DNA of 37,902 nt, taken from sequence record SRR22947727_1912, one strand, 5' to 3'. Numbering within the stretch: the first letter of the stretch is position 1; each line of letters starts with the position of its first letter. Below the pieces are notes generated by a model. That model was not told the DNA's origin. It searched no databases and saw only the letters and a program-made list of their open reading frames with translations. Positions 7,669-19,882 of the stretch are shown here, piece by piece. The position numbers were made by a program, and so were the translations under genes.

Positions 7669-9757
7669 TGAAACTCCCCGTCAGTAATGCCGCAGTGAGC
7701 GAGAGTGCGCCAATGGCCACTCCTCCTGCAAGCCAGAGATAATCCCTCGGCGGGAACACCGAGGTTCGGTAATGGGTTCTGCTGCGATGAAGCCCGAAAG
7801 CTCGGGCTTCCATCGCCATCGCCAAGGTGTGTGAGCGTCGAATCGCTAAGACAAAAATGGTGAACGCCGTGCTGATGACGCGTCTGGCCAGACCTGTGTC
7901 ACCCATGCCCCGAGCTCTCATCATCCACCCTCGGACTTCGCGGTCGCCTGCCACCACCTCCAGCAGTCGAAGACCTGCCAAACCTCCCACCACGAAGTTT
8001 TCGGGTAGTCGAACCTGCTGGCTCAGCGCATCCGCAAAGCGAGTGGCATCCACCTGGGAGAACAAAATGACGGCCGGGCCACCAATCGCCAGAATCCGAA
8101 GGGCAGTCGCAAGAGCCAGGGAGAGTGACCCTTCTGACACCACCACAAGTCCCCACTCGAAAAATACCTCGCCAGAGCTTTGGCCATAGAGCGCAATGGT
8201 CACGGCAGACAACACCGAGGCCAGTCCCACCGGAAGCATCCTGATGGCCAAACGCGGCACGCCCCGGGTAATCAGAGGCAGGCAGGCCAGCATGAGACCT
8301 AGCGCCGCGCTCGCAGACACCACGTCAATGGTGGAGAGCAATGCCACGGCCGGGGCGAGGGCTCCAGCGAACAGCGCTAGCGGGTTCGCTTGTGCCAGCG
8401 GGCCCACCGCGACAGGCTCCACGGGACCAGGCGGTGAGGCATCCAGTGTGATGACCGCGGCCCCTACTGCCTCGACCAGTGCGTCATCGTGGGTCGCCAT
8501 CACCACAGCCATGCCCCCCTCCGTTGCTTGTTGGAGAGATCTGAGCAGTTCAGCAAGGCCAGCACTATCGAGCGATTGGCTGGGCTCATCTAGAACCAAA
8601 AGCTTCTGGCCGGCCTGCATTGCCAGAGCGAGCGCCAGACGGCGTTGTTGCCCGCCGCTGAGGGACAACGGGTGATGCTCCAGAACGTGGCTCAGGCCCC
8701 ACTGGCGGGCAAGATCTTCGGCGCCCACTGCGCCAAGCTCAGCCCTGACGCTCGAGCGGAAGAAACTATGAGCCGGGTTTTGGGGCACCACCCCCACCAG
8801 GGACGAAAGCTCTCGGGAGCCAAGCAGATGAGGATTGATTCCCGCAATCGACACTCTCCCCTGGAGTGGGGGCAGAAGGCCGGCGAGTGTCATGGCAAGC
8901 GTGGTTTTCCCTGACCCGTTGGGTCCGCGAATCGCAAGAATTTCACCGGCCCTCACCGAAAAATTGAGAGAACCCGTCAGGCCGCTGGTGCCATCGCGTG
9001 ACACCACAAGATCGTGGGCGACCAGGACCTCGTCCCCCATCACGGCAGGCCCGGAGGCTTCCACCTGAGCAAGAGAGGGCTCTGGACCAGTAATGGGTGC
9101 ATCACTGACCACATGGCCGCCCTCCATCGTGATCACCCGGTCCACCAGTCCCCACCAGCGAGAAGGGTCGTGGTCAATCACCACGAGGGTGATATCTCGC
9201 GCAGAAAGCACCCGCTCTATCGCAGCAAGAACAGCAGTGACCCCGTCAGGGTCGAGTGAGCTGGTGGGCTCATCCAGGATGAGAAGCCCTGGCTCCATCG
9301 CGAGAGCTCCCGCTAGGGCGAGACGTTGTCGCTGGCCGCCGGAGAGCTCGCGGGTGGGGTGATCAGCATCCAGCTCCAGTCCCACATCTGCCAGAGCTTG
9401 ATCGATGCGGGATTGCATGTCTGAGGGTGCAACTAACGAGTTCTCTAAGCCAAAGACAACGTCGTCATGGACCCGGGCCATGACGGTTTGATTCTCGGGC
9501 TGCTGTAACACCAATCCTCGAGCGGTCCCTCCGGAAACAGAAATGTCGCCTCGGCCGGTGCCATCATCGGGGTCTCTCATTACGCCTGCGAGGAGCCCCG
9601 CGAGCGTGGATTTCCCGGAACCGGAGGGCCCTTGGAGCAGAACCCTCTCCCCCGGCTCGATAACAAAATCAATGTCGTGCAGGGCAGGCTGGTGCTGCCC
9701 GGGGAAGGTCCACGACAGCGTCGAGACCTCTACCCGGGCAGCACCCACGCTGGCCAC
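7652..9757 (-). CDS. ECF transporter fused ATPase-ATPase-T subunit (YkoD+YkoC-like)
   Basis: Two Walker A motifs (GPSGSGKST, GPNGSGKTT), two LSGGQ signatures, then an EcfT domain with ARG and EARAF motifs, with no stop between. Start reassigned to GTG 9757, overlapping the ykoE TAG (TAGTG). Confidence 0.85.
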   Translation of the reverse strand: MASVGAARVEVSTLSWTFPGQHQPALHDIDFVIEPGERVLLQGPSGSGKSTLAGLLAGVMRDPDDGTGRGDISVSGGTARGLVLQQPENQTVMARVHDDVVFGLENSLVAPSDMQSRIDQALADVGLELDADHPTRELSGGQRQRLALAGALAMEPGLLILDEPTSSLDPDGVTAVLAAIERVLSARDITLVVIDHDPSRWWGLVDRVITMEGGHVVSDAPITGPEPSLAQVEASGPAVMGDEVLVAHDLVVSRDGTSGLTGSLNFSVRAGEILAIRGPNGSGKTTLAMTLAGLLPPLQGRVSIAGINPHLLGSRELSSLVGVVPQNPAHSFFRSSVRAELGAVGAEDLARQWGLSHVLEHHPLSLSGGQQRRLALALAMQAGQKLLVLDEPSQSLDSAGLAELLRSLQQATEGGMAVVMATHDDALVEAVGAAVITLDASPPGPVEPVAVGPLAQANPLALFAGALAPAVALLSTIDVVSASAALGLMLACLPLITRGVPRLAIRMLPVGLASVLSAVTIALYGQSSGEVFFEWGLVVVSEGSLSLALATALRILAIGGPAVILFSQVDATRFADALSQQVRLPENFVVGGLAGLRLLEVVAGDREVRGWMMRARGMGDTGLARRVISTAFTIFVLAIRRSHTLAMAMEARAFGLHRSRTHYRTSVFPPRDYLWLAGGVAIGALSLTAALLTGSFNAILG

Positions 9758-10320
9758 TACTGACGTAGCGCACCCGCTTTCACAAGACCTCGGGTGATGG
9801 CCCAACTTCCCAGGCCCGCCAGGAGTGCGCCGGAGGCAATAGAGGAGATCGCATAGATCGTCATGAAGCTGGTTCCCGCACCCGCGTAGTACAGCGTGAG
9901 GTCGAGTGATGCCATTGCGACACCAGAGCCAGCACCGGCGACGAGGGCTGCAATCCAGCCCCACGCCCGGTAAGCGAAGAGGGCAAAGATCAGTTCAGCG
10001 CCAAGGCCCTGCACCGCACCATAAACCAGAGTGATAACGCCCCACTGGTTTCCCACCAGTGCGGACACTGTGGAGGCGAGAATCTCCCCATAGAGGGCGG
10101 CTCCAGGCTTTCTCACCACGAGTGCGGTGAGCAGACCTCCCATGAGCCAGACTCCGTGGCCGAGCGCCTGGAAACCGGGCAGGAGTGCACCCAGTGGCTC
10201 GAGAAGTGGAACATTGGCGATGTTCCAGAGGACAAAGAGCCCTCCGGCCACCACACCGACGACACTGGCGAGAACAATGTCTCGTGGTCGCCACGCAAAA
10301 CGGTTAACTGCAGTATCCAT
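9757..10320 (-). CDS. ykoE: ECF transporter S component, thiamine/HMP-related (YkoE-like)
   Basis: WRPRDIVLASV, VRKPGAALYGE, GAVQGLGAELIF, GLVKAGAL. ATG 10320 has SD AAAGG and lies downstream of a TPP riboswitch. Confidence 0.85.
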   Translation of the reverse strand: MDTAVNRFAWRPRDIVLASVVGVVAGGLFVLWNIANVPLLEPLGALLPGFQALGHGVWLMGGLLTALVVRKPGAALYGEILASTVSALVGNQWGVITLVYGAVQGLGAELIFALFAYRAWGWIAALVAGAGSGVAMASLDLTLYYAGAGTSFMTIYAISSIASGALLAGLGSWAITRGLVKAGALRQ

Positions 10321-10361
10321 ATCGTGCCTTTCATCAACTGTTGTTGGGTAGGGCACGGGAG

Positions 10362-10456
10362 CGAGATGTCCTCCCTTCGCTGGCATGACCCAGATCAGGT
10401 TCGACGGTCGAAACCTTGCGGTTTCCTCTCAGTCCCCTTCGGGACTCCCGTGTACG
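10362..10456 (-). promoter_or_regulatory. TPP (THI-box) riboswitch
   Basis: Minus strand reads GGGAGUCC...CUGAGAG...GACCGUCGAACCUGAUCUGGGUCAUGCCAGCGAAGGGA, matching the conserved TPP aptamer elements. It precedes ykoE. Confidence 0.95.
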
Positions 10457-10465
10457 GGGAAGAGT

Positions 10466-11293
10466 CTAGCGCTTGAGGGAATCGCGTAGCTTCATGCTCC
10501 AGCGCAAACTCTTCGCCAACGGATAAATACCGAGGTAGCCCCACTGCGGTATCCGCAATACTGCTTGGCGCAGGCCGTGGTGGTTATACGTGTTGTCAAA
10601 GCGTCGAACATAGGTCAAGAAATCACTGGGGGAATCATCTGCTCGGCGACTCGACATCCCTGCCACCATGGTCGGGGCATACACAATGCTGAAACCGTCA
10701 TCGAAAAGGTGCACCGATAAATCGATGTCCTCGTGCATCTCGCGGTCGGCATCGAGGCAAATCTCGTCCCGGACAGCTTCCCAGGCGGTCCTGCGCAAAG
10801 CCATATTGGTCCCAAAAAGAAAGTGGTACTGCTTAACTAGCTTTGACATTGCCCGGCGCGCAGTGTCGTCCGCTCGGGCCATGTAGCGACGCAGTGGCAT
10901 GTCGTAGTAGATGACAGGGCCGGTAGCGGCGTGAACACTCTCGTCGAGAAAGACTTTCTTGGTTTCTTCCACCCAGTTGGGTTCGAGAACAGAATCTGAA
11001 TCGATGCGTCCGATGATGTCCGACGTGACAGCGTCAAAGCCCATGTTGCGGGCTGGGGTAATCCCTTGCGCCTCATTTTGCTGCAACACAATGATGGGCG
11101 CGTCAGGAAACTCGTCCTGCAACTCTTTCAAGATGACGGGTGTCTGATCCGTGGACTTGTTATCGATGATGATGATTTCATCCGCAGGCACCGTCTGCCC
11201 GACCGCTGCCGTCACGCACGCGCGAATAGTGTCTTCCTCGTTGAATGCGGGAATGACAATGGACACACTGGGTGCTCTGTCCGCTAGCTGCAC
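10466..11293 (-). CDS. Glycosyltransferase family 2
   Basis: VSIVIPAFNEE, IIDNKSTD, ARNMG, DSD (DxD), GTNMALRR, HEDIDL. AGGAG SD. Confidence 0.9.
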   Translation of the reverse strand: MQLADRAPSVSIVIPAFNEEDTIRACVTAAVGQTVPADEIIIIDNKSTDQTPVILKELQDEFPDAPIIVLQQNEAQGITPARNMGFDAVTSDIIGRIDSDSVLEPNWVEETKKVFLDESVHAATGPVIYYDMPLRRYMARADDTARRAMSKLVKQYHFLFGTNMALRRTAWEAVRDEICLDADREMHEDIDLSVHLFDDGFSIVYAPTMVAGMSSRRADDSPSDFLTYVRRFDNTYNHHGLRQAVLRIPQWGYLGIYPLAKSLRWSMKLRDSLKR

Positions 11294-11302
11294 AAGAGTC
11301 TC

Positions 11303-11797
11303 CTAAGCAAGGGGCGCCTGGAGCAATTGCACCACAACTGCGCCACCTTTGGTGGCTTGAGTGTCGACATCTTCAAAACCGAAACGACGATGGAATCGTA
11401 GGCTGCCGGGATTCGGTGGCTCGAGGTTCACTTCGCAGGTCACAGCGGTGCGCCCCTGGGTTTTCGCAAAATCAAACAGGTGCTCGTAGAGCGCTGTTCC
11501 TAAGCCCAATCCCCGCGCAGAATCGGCAAACACGATCCGGTCAATGTAGAGGTGATTCTCAAACCGGCTCTCGAAAAAGACATAATTCTCGCTGTCATAG
11601 TCCGCACCAGGATCCATGGCCAGTGCGAAACCCACGAGATCTCCCTCGTCGTTGAGTGCCGCCATTCGGTAGCTCGAGAGTTCGTACAGACTGCGAATCT
11701 CCTCGAGCGTGGCGAGCGGAACGGCCGGGTACCCGGCGTTGTTGATGCCCACCACACTCTCGAGATCAGACTCGGTGAGTTCACGCAACGATGTCAT
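11303..11797 (-). CDS. GNAT-family N-acetyltransferase
   Basis: YIDRIV, acetyl-CoA motif RGLGLGTALY, CEVN..PPNPGSLRFH. Start reassigned to ATG 11797 (MTSLRELT). Confidence 0.85.
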   Translation of the reverse strand: MTSLRELTESDLESVVGINNAGYPAVPLATLEEIRSLYELSSYRMAALNDEGDLVGFALAMDPGADYDSENYVFFESRFENHLYIDRIVFADSARGLGLGTALYEHLFDFAKTQGRTAVTCEVNLEPPNPGSLRFHRRFGFEDVDTQATKGGAVVVQLLQAPLA

Positions 11798-11817
11798 AGA
11801 AGCATTCTGGCAGGTGC

Positions 11818-12291
11818 CTACCAGCCGAGCGTTCCGGGGGCTCCCTTGAAGGGTCCCACCACCCGGGAAGTGATCCACCCTCCGTAGAAGTCTCCCTCTT
11901 GGGCCTGGACAACTTCTCCGTCCACGGTCGCTTCGTCCACTCTGCCGGGGTAGAGCGCAAGGTAATCTTTCAGCGCTTCGAACCCCGGTGTGGGGGTTTC
12001 GTACCACCAGGCTGCGCGGGGAATCCGGTGGCCCTCCACAACGATGTCGGCATAGCTGGCAGCACCTTTGAACTCACACCAGGTGGCCCCCTCTACCCTC
12101 TCCAGAAAGTTCCAGTCCACATCAGCAAAAGGGATGTAGTAGGTCGGGGGGTGAGAAGTCTCCAGAACTCGGATGGCGGACGTAGTGTCGGCGAGGACAT
12201 GACCTCGATGTCTCACTACGACGCGCTCGCTCGAGGGGTCCAGGGCGGGCGGTCGGGGATAGTCCCACACGGACTCAACGTCGGCAGCCAT
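11818..12291 (-). CDS. DUF427-domain protein
   Basis: ESVWDYPRPP, VLETSHPPTYY, CEFKGAASY, GDFYGGWIT, GPFKG. Start ATG 12291 follows TAGCCT. Confidence 0.85.
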   Translation of the reverse strand: MAADVESVWDYPRPPALDPSSERVVVRHRGHVLADTTSAIRVLETSHPPTYYIPFADVDWNFLERVEGATWCEFKGAASYADIVVEGHRIPRAAWWYETPTPGFEALKDYLALYPGRVDEATVDGEVVQAQEGDFYGGWITSRVVGPFKGAPGTLGW

Positions 12292-12515
12292 GCGCACCAG
12301 GCTACCCACGCCACACCGGGGAAGCCTGAGTGCAGGGGGTAGTCCCCGCGGGGTATTCCCGCTACGCTGTGACAGTCGTTTGTTTTCCGACGACTCGTGA
12401 CCTGACAGTTTCTGGTGGGTGCGCTCCTTCGGGAGTGAGAGTTAGAGGTAGTTTCGACCGTTAGTTTCGAGCGTCGAAGCTACGCACCAAGGCACCACAG
12501 AAAAGAGAAACACGT

Positions 12516-12719
12516 ATGACAACCGGAATCGTTAAATGGTTCAACGGTGAAAAAGGTTATGGCTTCATCACTCCTGATGATGGCACCGCCGACGTATTCG
12601 CCCACTTCTCCGCCATCCAGTCCAGCGGTTACCGCTCACTGGAGGAGAACCAGCGCGTTGAGTTCGACGTAACCCAGGGCCAGAAGGGCCCTCAGGCGGA
12701 GAACATCCGTCCTCTCTAG
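12516..12719 (+). CDS. Cold-shock protein (CspA family)
   Basis: [15 protein letters not shown] (RNP1), VFAHFSAI (RNP2), KGPQAENI. Confidence 0.97.
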   Translation: MTTGIVKWFNGEKGYGFITPDDGTADVFAHFSAIQSSGYRSLEENQRVEFDVTQGQKGPQAENIRPL

Positions 12720-12740
12720 TCTTCATTTTTTAGACTCACC

Positions 12741-12776
12741 AGTGTGGGGCTGCCAGTTATCTGGTAGCCCCACACT
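12741..12776 (+). terminator. Hairpin downstream of csp gene (putative terminator, no U-tract)
   Basis: 16-bp stem AGTGTGGGGCTGCCAG / CTGGTAGCCCCACACT (one G-U) with loop TTAT. Confidence 0.65.
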
Positions 12777-12818
12777 CATGTCCAGGCATATCGGCGAGCC
12801 GATGTTTAGGATGGCTAA

Positions 12819-13316
12819 GTGCGCCCGGTAACCGTTGATGACATTCGTCGCTCCATGATCAACATGACCGAGGCGGACCTCGAGGCAATGTCGACACCCG
12901 GACTCCACGAGACCCTCTGGGATGAGCGCGAGTTTCTGGGATGGCGAGATGTCAACCACAACACCAAGGGTTACCTCGTGTTCTGGGTAGGCGACTCACC
13001 CCGCGGTTTTATGGTGCGCTCAGCAGAGAGCCACATGCCCGCGGGAAAGAGCGCCATCTGTGTTCTCTGTCACACCGCCCAACCCGCACCACAGGTCAGC
13101 CTGTTCACTGCGCCGAAGGCTGGCGAGGAGGGCAAACGCGGCAACACGGTGGGGACCTACCTCTGCGCTGACCTGGCCTGCTCGACCCTGATTCGGATCA
13201 CTCCCCCAGAGTCGGAGGACCACCCGGACCCCGAGAGAATAGTCCGCCACAAAGCGGTCGGGATGAGGCAACGCCTCGAGAACTTCTCGAACCGCGTGCT
13301 GTCAGTTGACGCCTAG
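12819..13316 (+). CDS. FBP_C-domain zinc-finger protein (related to the C-terminal domain of FusB/FusC EF-G-binding proteins)
   Basis: FLGWRD, CVLC, GNTVGTYLCADLAC four-Cys pattern. TAGGAT 6 nt before the GTG. Confidence 0.8.
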   Translation: MRPVTVDDIRRSMINMTEADLEAMSTPGLHETLWDEREFLGWRDVNHNTKGYLVFWVGDSPRGFMVRSAESHMPAGKSAICVLCHTAQPAPQVSLFTAPKAGEEGKRGNTVGTYLCADLACSTLIRITPPESEDHPDPERIVRHKAVGMRQRLENFSNRVLSVDA

Positions 13317-13486
13317 CGGCGTCGGCCCGCGAAGACGATCGGGATGGCAAAAGCCAGACACGCCGTCAGAACACCCGCGGCGAAGAGCCAGGGGGCAAAG
13401 ACCTCAGGGACAACAAACGAGTAGGTGAACATCGGAAACGATGCCAAGAAAATCGCTGAGGAAATGACGACCAAGAAAATGTTCAT
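13313..13486 (-). CDS. Small 2-TM membrane protein (57 aa)
   Basis: MNIFLVVISS...FAIPIVFAGRRR: two hydrophobic helices and a basic C-terminus. It fills the gap and overlaps the neighbour at CTAG. Confidence 0.65.
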   Translation of the reverse strand: MNIFLVVISSAIFLASFPMFTYSFVVPEVFAPWLFAAGVLTACLAFAIPIVFAGRRR

Positions 13487-13522
13487 GATTACCCCAGTAT
13501 TCCATACGAGAATGAGGGGAAC

Positions 13523-14284
13523 ATGACACCACACGAGCGCAGACGGAGGCTTCGGCTCCGGCGCATCCGCATCACCGGGTGGACCGCCCTCACCTCGCTT
13601 CTGGTCACGCTGGTCGGGTTCCTCACCTACTTCCACATTGTTTTCCCTGCCGATCGGGATGCCACGCTCGAGGTGTTTCGAGACGACCGCGTTGAGGTGC
13701 GAGCTTCCGATGCTCGTGTCGTGATGTCTCCGACTGATGAACTTCTCCCTCGCGGGATGCTCTATTTCCCTGGAGCTCGCGTCGACCCCTACAGCTACCT
13801 TTACCCGCTCGCCGACATCGCCGCCGCGGGGACGACTGTCGTGATCGTGGATCCCCTGTTCAACATGGCCCTGGCGGACTCAAGGGGTGTGGCAGAACTC
13901 ACCGCAGACTTTCCGGGCATCACCAGCTGGGTTCTCGCTGGACACTCTCTCGGTGGAGTGAAGGCCTGCATGGAAGCCTCCCATCCCGCGGTCACTCACC
14001 TCGTGTTGTTTGCGAGTTATTGCGCCAATGACATCTCTGGCCTGGACATCGAGGTTTTCCAGGTGGTGGGTGACCAAGATGGCCTTCTCGATGACGCTCT
14101 CCGCCGCGAGGCGGAGAGCTTGCTTCCTCCGGGCCAATACCGAACCTTCACCATTCGGGGGGCGAATCACGCTGACTTTGGGACGTATGGTACGCAGCCC
14201 GGCGATGGGGACTCCACCTACAGCTATCCGACCATGCGCGCGATGATCACCGGAGCGCTCACCACTCACGTCCTCCAGGACTAG
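13523..14284 (+). CDS. Membrane-anchored alpha/beta hydrolase
   Basis: Arg-rich N-terminus plus TM helix, YFPGARVD, nucleophile GHSLGG, GDQDG (Asp), [11 protein letters not shown] (His). Confidence 0.85.
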   Translation: MTPHERRRRLRLRRIRITGWTALTSLLVTLVGFLTYFHIVFPADRDATLEVFRDDRVEVRASDARVVMSPTDELLPRGMLYFPGARVDPYSYLYPLADIAAAGTTVVIVDPLFNMALADSRGVAELTADFPGITSWVLAGHSLGGVKACMEASHPAVTHLVLFASYCANDISGLDIEVFQVVGDQDGLLDDALRREAESLLPPGQYRTFTIRGANHADFGTYGTQPGDGDSTYSYPTMRAMITGALTTHVLQD

Positions 14285-15798
14285 GAGGCCGCAGCGCGCT
14301 CAATCACGAGTTCGCGCACGCGCGCTGCGTCCGCTTGACCCTTCATGGCCTTCATAACAGCGCCAATGATGGCTCCCGCGGCTTGAACTTTGCCTTCCCG
14401 GATTTTCTCCAGGACATCGGGATCGGCGGCCAGCGCTTCGTCGATGGCGGCCATCAGGGCGCCGTCATCAGAGACGACTTCTAGCCCTCTGGCAGCGACA
14501 ATCTCGTCTGGCGTGCCTTCGCCCTCGATCATGCCCAAAAGCACCTCGCGGGCCAGCTTGTCGTTCAGGGTGCCCTGATCGATCAGCGACTGCAGGGCCT
14601 TGATGTCCTGAGGGGTCACCAGGCTCGCCGGCTCCACAGAGCGGTCGTTCGCAATGCGCGACACCTCGCCCATCCACCACTTCCTGGCAGCAACGGGCTC
14701 GACACCTGCCTCGATAGTGGCCTGCACCTCGGGAATCAGCCCTGCGTTGACGATGGCCTGGAAATCGACGTCACTGAATCCCCACTCAGCCCGCAGTCGA
14801 CGACGCATGTGGACGGGGCTTTCGGGAAGTGCCCCTTTGAGTGTTTGGACCCAGTCAGCGTTCGCTTCCACGGGAAGTAGGTCGGGCTCCGGGAAATACC
14901 GGTAGTCATCAGCGTCTGACTTGGGGCGTCCTGGTGAAGTGACCCCGGTGTCCTCGTGCCAGTGCCGGGTTTCTTGGGTGATACTGTCGCCTCCAGCCAG
15001 GATGGCTGCTTGTCGGCGGATTTCATACATCACCGCACGCTCAATCGACCGAAACGAGTTGACGTTCTTCGTCTCGGTCCGGGTCCCATAGGCGGCCTGG
15101 CCTCGAGGGCGCAGTGACACGTTCGCGTCACAGCGAAGGTTTCCCCGCTCCATACGTGCATTCGAAATACCGAGCGCCCGCACAATGTCGCGAATGGTGG
15201 AGACGTAGGCGCGACCTAACTCTCCGGCACGGTGTTCCATGCCTTCAATGGGCTTGGTCACAATCTCCACCAGCGGAACGCCTGCGCGGTTGTAGTCGAC
15301 GAGGGAGTATTCGGCTCCTTGAATACGCCCGGTGGCGCCTCCAACGTGGGTGAGCTTGCCAGCATCTTCTTCCATGTGGGCGCGCTCAATGGGCACGTCG
15401 ACCAGAGTTCCATCGTCCATCTCGACGGCCACAGACCCTTCAAACGCGATGGGTTCGTCGTATTGGCTGATCTGGTAGTTCTTCGCCAGGTCCGGGTAGA
15501 AGTAGTTCTTCCGAGCAAAGCGCGAGACCGGAGCAATCTGACAGCCCAGGGCGAGACCCAAGCTCACGCTGTACTCGACAGCCTTCGTGTTCACCACGGG
15601 CAAACTGCCCGGAAGCCCCAAACACAGGGGCGTAATGCAGGTATTGGGCTCGACGTTGGCATCATCCATCGCTGCGGGGTTGGGGGCAGCAGAGAACATT
15701 TTGGTCTGGGTGGAGAGCTCCACGTGGACTTCAAACCCCAAGACGGGTTCGAAAAGCTCGAGAGCCTTGTCCAAATCCATCAGCTGATCTTTCGCCAT
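14281..15798 (-). CDS. gatB: Asp-tRNA(Asn)/Glu-tRNA(Gln) amidotransferase subunit B
   Basis: [56 protein letters not shown]. Confidence 0.98.
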   Translation of the reverse strand: MAKDQLMDLDKALELFEPVLGFEVHVELSTQTKMFSAAPNPAAMDDANVEPNTCITPLCLGLPGSLPVVNTKAVEYSVSLGLALGCQIAPVSRFARKNYFYPDLAKNYQISQYDEPIAFEGSVAVEMDDGTLVDVPIERAHMEEDAGKLTHVGGATGRIQGAEYSLVDYNRAGVPLVEIVTKPIEGMEHRAGELGRAYVSTIRDIVRALGISNARMERGNLRCDANVSLRPRGQAAYGTRTETKNVNSFRSIERAVMYEIRRQAAILAGGDSITQETRHWHEDTGVTSPGRPKSDADDYRYFPEPDLLPVEANADWVQTLKGALPESPVHMRRRLRAEWGFSDVDFQAIVNAGLIPEVQATIEAGVEPVAARKWWMGEVSRIANDRSVEPASLVTPQDIKALQSLIDQGTLNDKLAREVLLGMIEGEGTPDEIVAARGLEVVSDDGALMAAIDEALAADPDVLEKIREGKVQAAGAIIGAVMKAMKGQADAARVRELVIERAAAS

Positions 15799-15800
15799 GG

Positions 15801-17306
15801 CTATGCCACCTCCGGGGTGCGATCAGCGACCAGGTAGCCATCACGCTCACCAAAAAGTCTCTCGAGTGTGGCGCCCGCCTGATAGAGCCTGGCGTCCTCA
15901 TAGGCCGGTGCCATCAGCTGTAATCCCACAGGAAGCCCATCATCAGGGTCGAGACCCATCGGAAGAGACATTCCGGGGATCCCTGCGAGGTTCACGGGGA
16001 TGGTCGTCAGATCTCCTGCCCACATTGCAAGCGGGTCATCGAGTTTCTCTCCGAGTGGGAACGCGGTGGTGGGGGCGGAGGGTGACACGAGAATGTCGAC
16101 CTTCACGAAAGCCTCGGCGAAGTCCCGCTGAATCAAAGTGCGAACCTTTTGCGCACTGCCGTAGTAGGCGTCGTAATATCCAGCACTCAGCGCATAGGTC
16201 CCCAGGATGATGCGTCGCTTGACCTCGTCGCCAAAGCCCTGGTCCCTGGTGGCCGACATGACGTCCTCGACGGTAGGACTTCCCTCCGGAGTGACCCGCA
16301 GGCCAAAGCGCACAGAATCAAACTTGGCCAAGTTGCTCGACGCTTCCGCCGGCAACACCAGGTAGTACGCGGCCACAGCGTATTCGCAGTGAGGAGCGTC
16401 AATCTCCACAATCTCAGCACCATTCGCCGCCATGAGCTCGAGAGCCTGGTCGAATCGCTCTTTGACTCCCGCTTGGATACCTTCGCCCACCAACTGCTTC
16501 ACCACGCCCACGCGAAGCCCGGACAAATCAACAGCAGCTGATCCACGATCTGCCGCCTCCGTCATGGAGGCCCAGGGAGTGGGGATGCTCGTCGAATCGT
16601 GCGGGTCATGCCCGCCGATCACGTCGTGAATCAGGGCAGAGTCTCGAACGGTCCGAGACACCGGGCCGACCTGGTCCAGTGAGGACGCCAAGGCAATAAC
16701 GCCATAGCGGCTCACACCGCCGTAGGTGGGCTTCACCCCGACAGTGCCGGTGAAGGCTGCCGGTTGGCGAATGGAGCCGCCCGTGTCGCTTCCAATGGCC
16801 ACCGGGGCCTGCCTGGCTGCCACAGCAGCTGCAGAGCCACCGCCGGAGCCTCCTGGGGCCCTCGAAGTGTCCCAGGGGTTTCTGGTGACGTGATAGCCCG
16901 AATGCTCCGTAGAGGAGCCCATCGCAAACTCGTCCATGTTGGTTTTACCCAGCGCCACAAGACCCGCTTCGCGGAGCTTCCGCACCACAGTGGCGTCATA
17001 GGGGGGTGTCCAACCCTCAAGAATGCGGGAACCAGCGGTGGTCACCATGTCTGTGGTGCAGAGCACATCCTTGATGGCAATCGGAATCCCATCCAGTGCT
17101 GAGAGGGCAGACCCGGCCTTTCGGCGTGCATCGCTCTCGGTTGCAACGTCGAGGGCATTCTCTGACCGAGCAAGAAACGACCCGAGTGTGCTCTCCGTCG
17201 CCTCAATGCGCTCCAGGTGGGCCGAGGTGATCTCTACGCTGGAGAGCTCCCCCGCCGCGAGGGCGTCGGCTAGAGCGCTCGCGGAGAGCGCTGTGATCTC
17301 GCTCAC
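15801..17306 (-). CDS. gatA: Amidotransferase subunit A
   Basis: [54 protein letters not shown]. Confidence 0.98.
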   Translation of the reverse strand: MSEITALSASALADALAAGELSSVEITSAHLERIEATESTLGSFLARSENALDVATESDARRKAGSALSALDGIPIAIKDVLCTTDMVTTAGSRILEGWTPPYDATVVRKLREAGLVALGKTNMDEFAMGSSTEHSGYHVTRNPWDTSRAPGGSGGGSAAAVAARQAPVAIGSDTGGSIRQPAAFTGTVGVKPTYGGVSRYGVIALASSLDQVGPVSRTVRDSALIHDVIGGHDPHDSTSIPTPWASMTEAADRGSAAVDLSGLRVGVVKQLVGEGIQAGVKERFDQALELMAANGAEIVEIDAPHCEYAVAAYYLVLPAEASSNLAKFDSVRFGLRVTPEGSPTVEDVMSATRDQGFGDEVKRRIILGTYALSAGYYDAYYGSAQKVRTLIQRDFAEAFVKVDILVSPSAPTTAFPLGEKLDDPLAMWAGDLTTIPVNLAGIPGMSLPMGLDPDDGLPVGLQLMAPAYEDARLYQAGATLERLFGERDGYLVADRTPEVA

Positions 17307-17602
17307 TGCTCTTCCCCGAGAATCGCGGTGACACGGAATCGTGAGCCATCGTGATCGGGAGCCCCGGCGAGAGCCTCTTCTGTCGTCAAGGTGTCCCCCA
17401 CCTGGTCGTCACGGAAAACATTGCCCAAAGGAATCGGGTGTGAGGTGGGTGGGACATCGGCGGTGGCGACACTCTGGACGCTCTCCACTGCCTGGACAAT
17501 AGCGCCCAGCTCTCCCGCCAAACGGGTGATCTCCTCGTCGCTCAGCGCAATGCGGGCAAGCCCCGCCAAATGGCGCACGGCATCGGGGGTCATTTCTGAC
17601 AT
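17303..17602 (-). CDS. gatC: Amidotransferase subunit C
   Basis: [32 protein letters not shown] and overlap with gatA. Confidence 0.95.
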   Translation of the reverse strand: MSEMTPDAVRHLAGLARIALSDEEITRLAGELGAIVQAVESVQSVATADVPPTSHPIPLGNVFRDDQVGDTLTTEEALAGAPDHDGSRFRVTAILGEEQ

Positions 17603-17627
17603 GAATCTCCTTGGTCGAACTCTCAGT

Positions 17628-19853
<2,226 letters not shown>

Positions 19854-19882
19854 CTAGGCAGGAGGACCTGGGCAGACCCGGA

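Noticed and set aside
9758-9964. Cys-rich N-terminal extension of the 770-aa ORF; similar extensions on ORFs 11303-12007, 13313-13636, 25659-25964, 29809-30345 and 32847-34388
   Set aside because: These overlap upstream genes or promoters. Downstream starts have SD, -10 or coupling support.
7102-12300. Possible genomic island integrated at tRNA-His
   Set aside because: No integrase and no duplicated tRNA 3' end were seen, and there is no obvious compositional shift.
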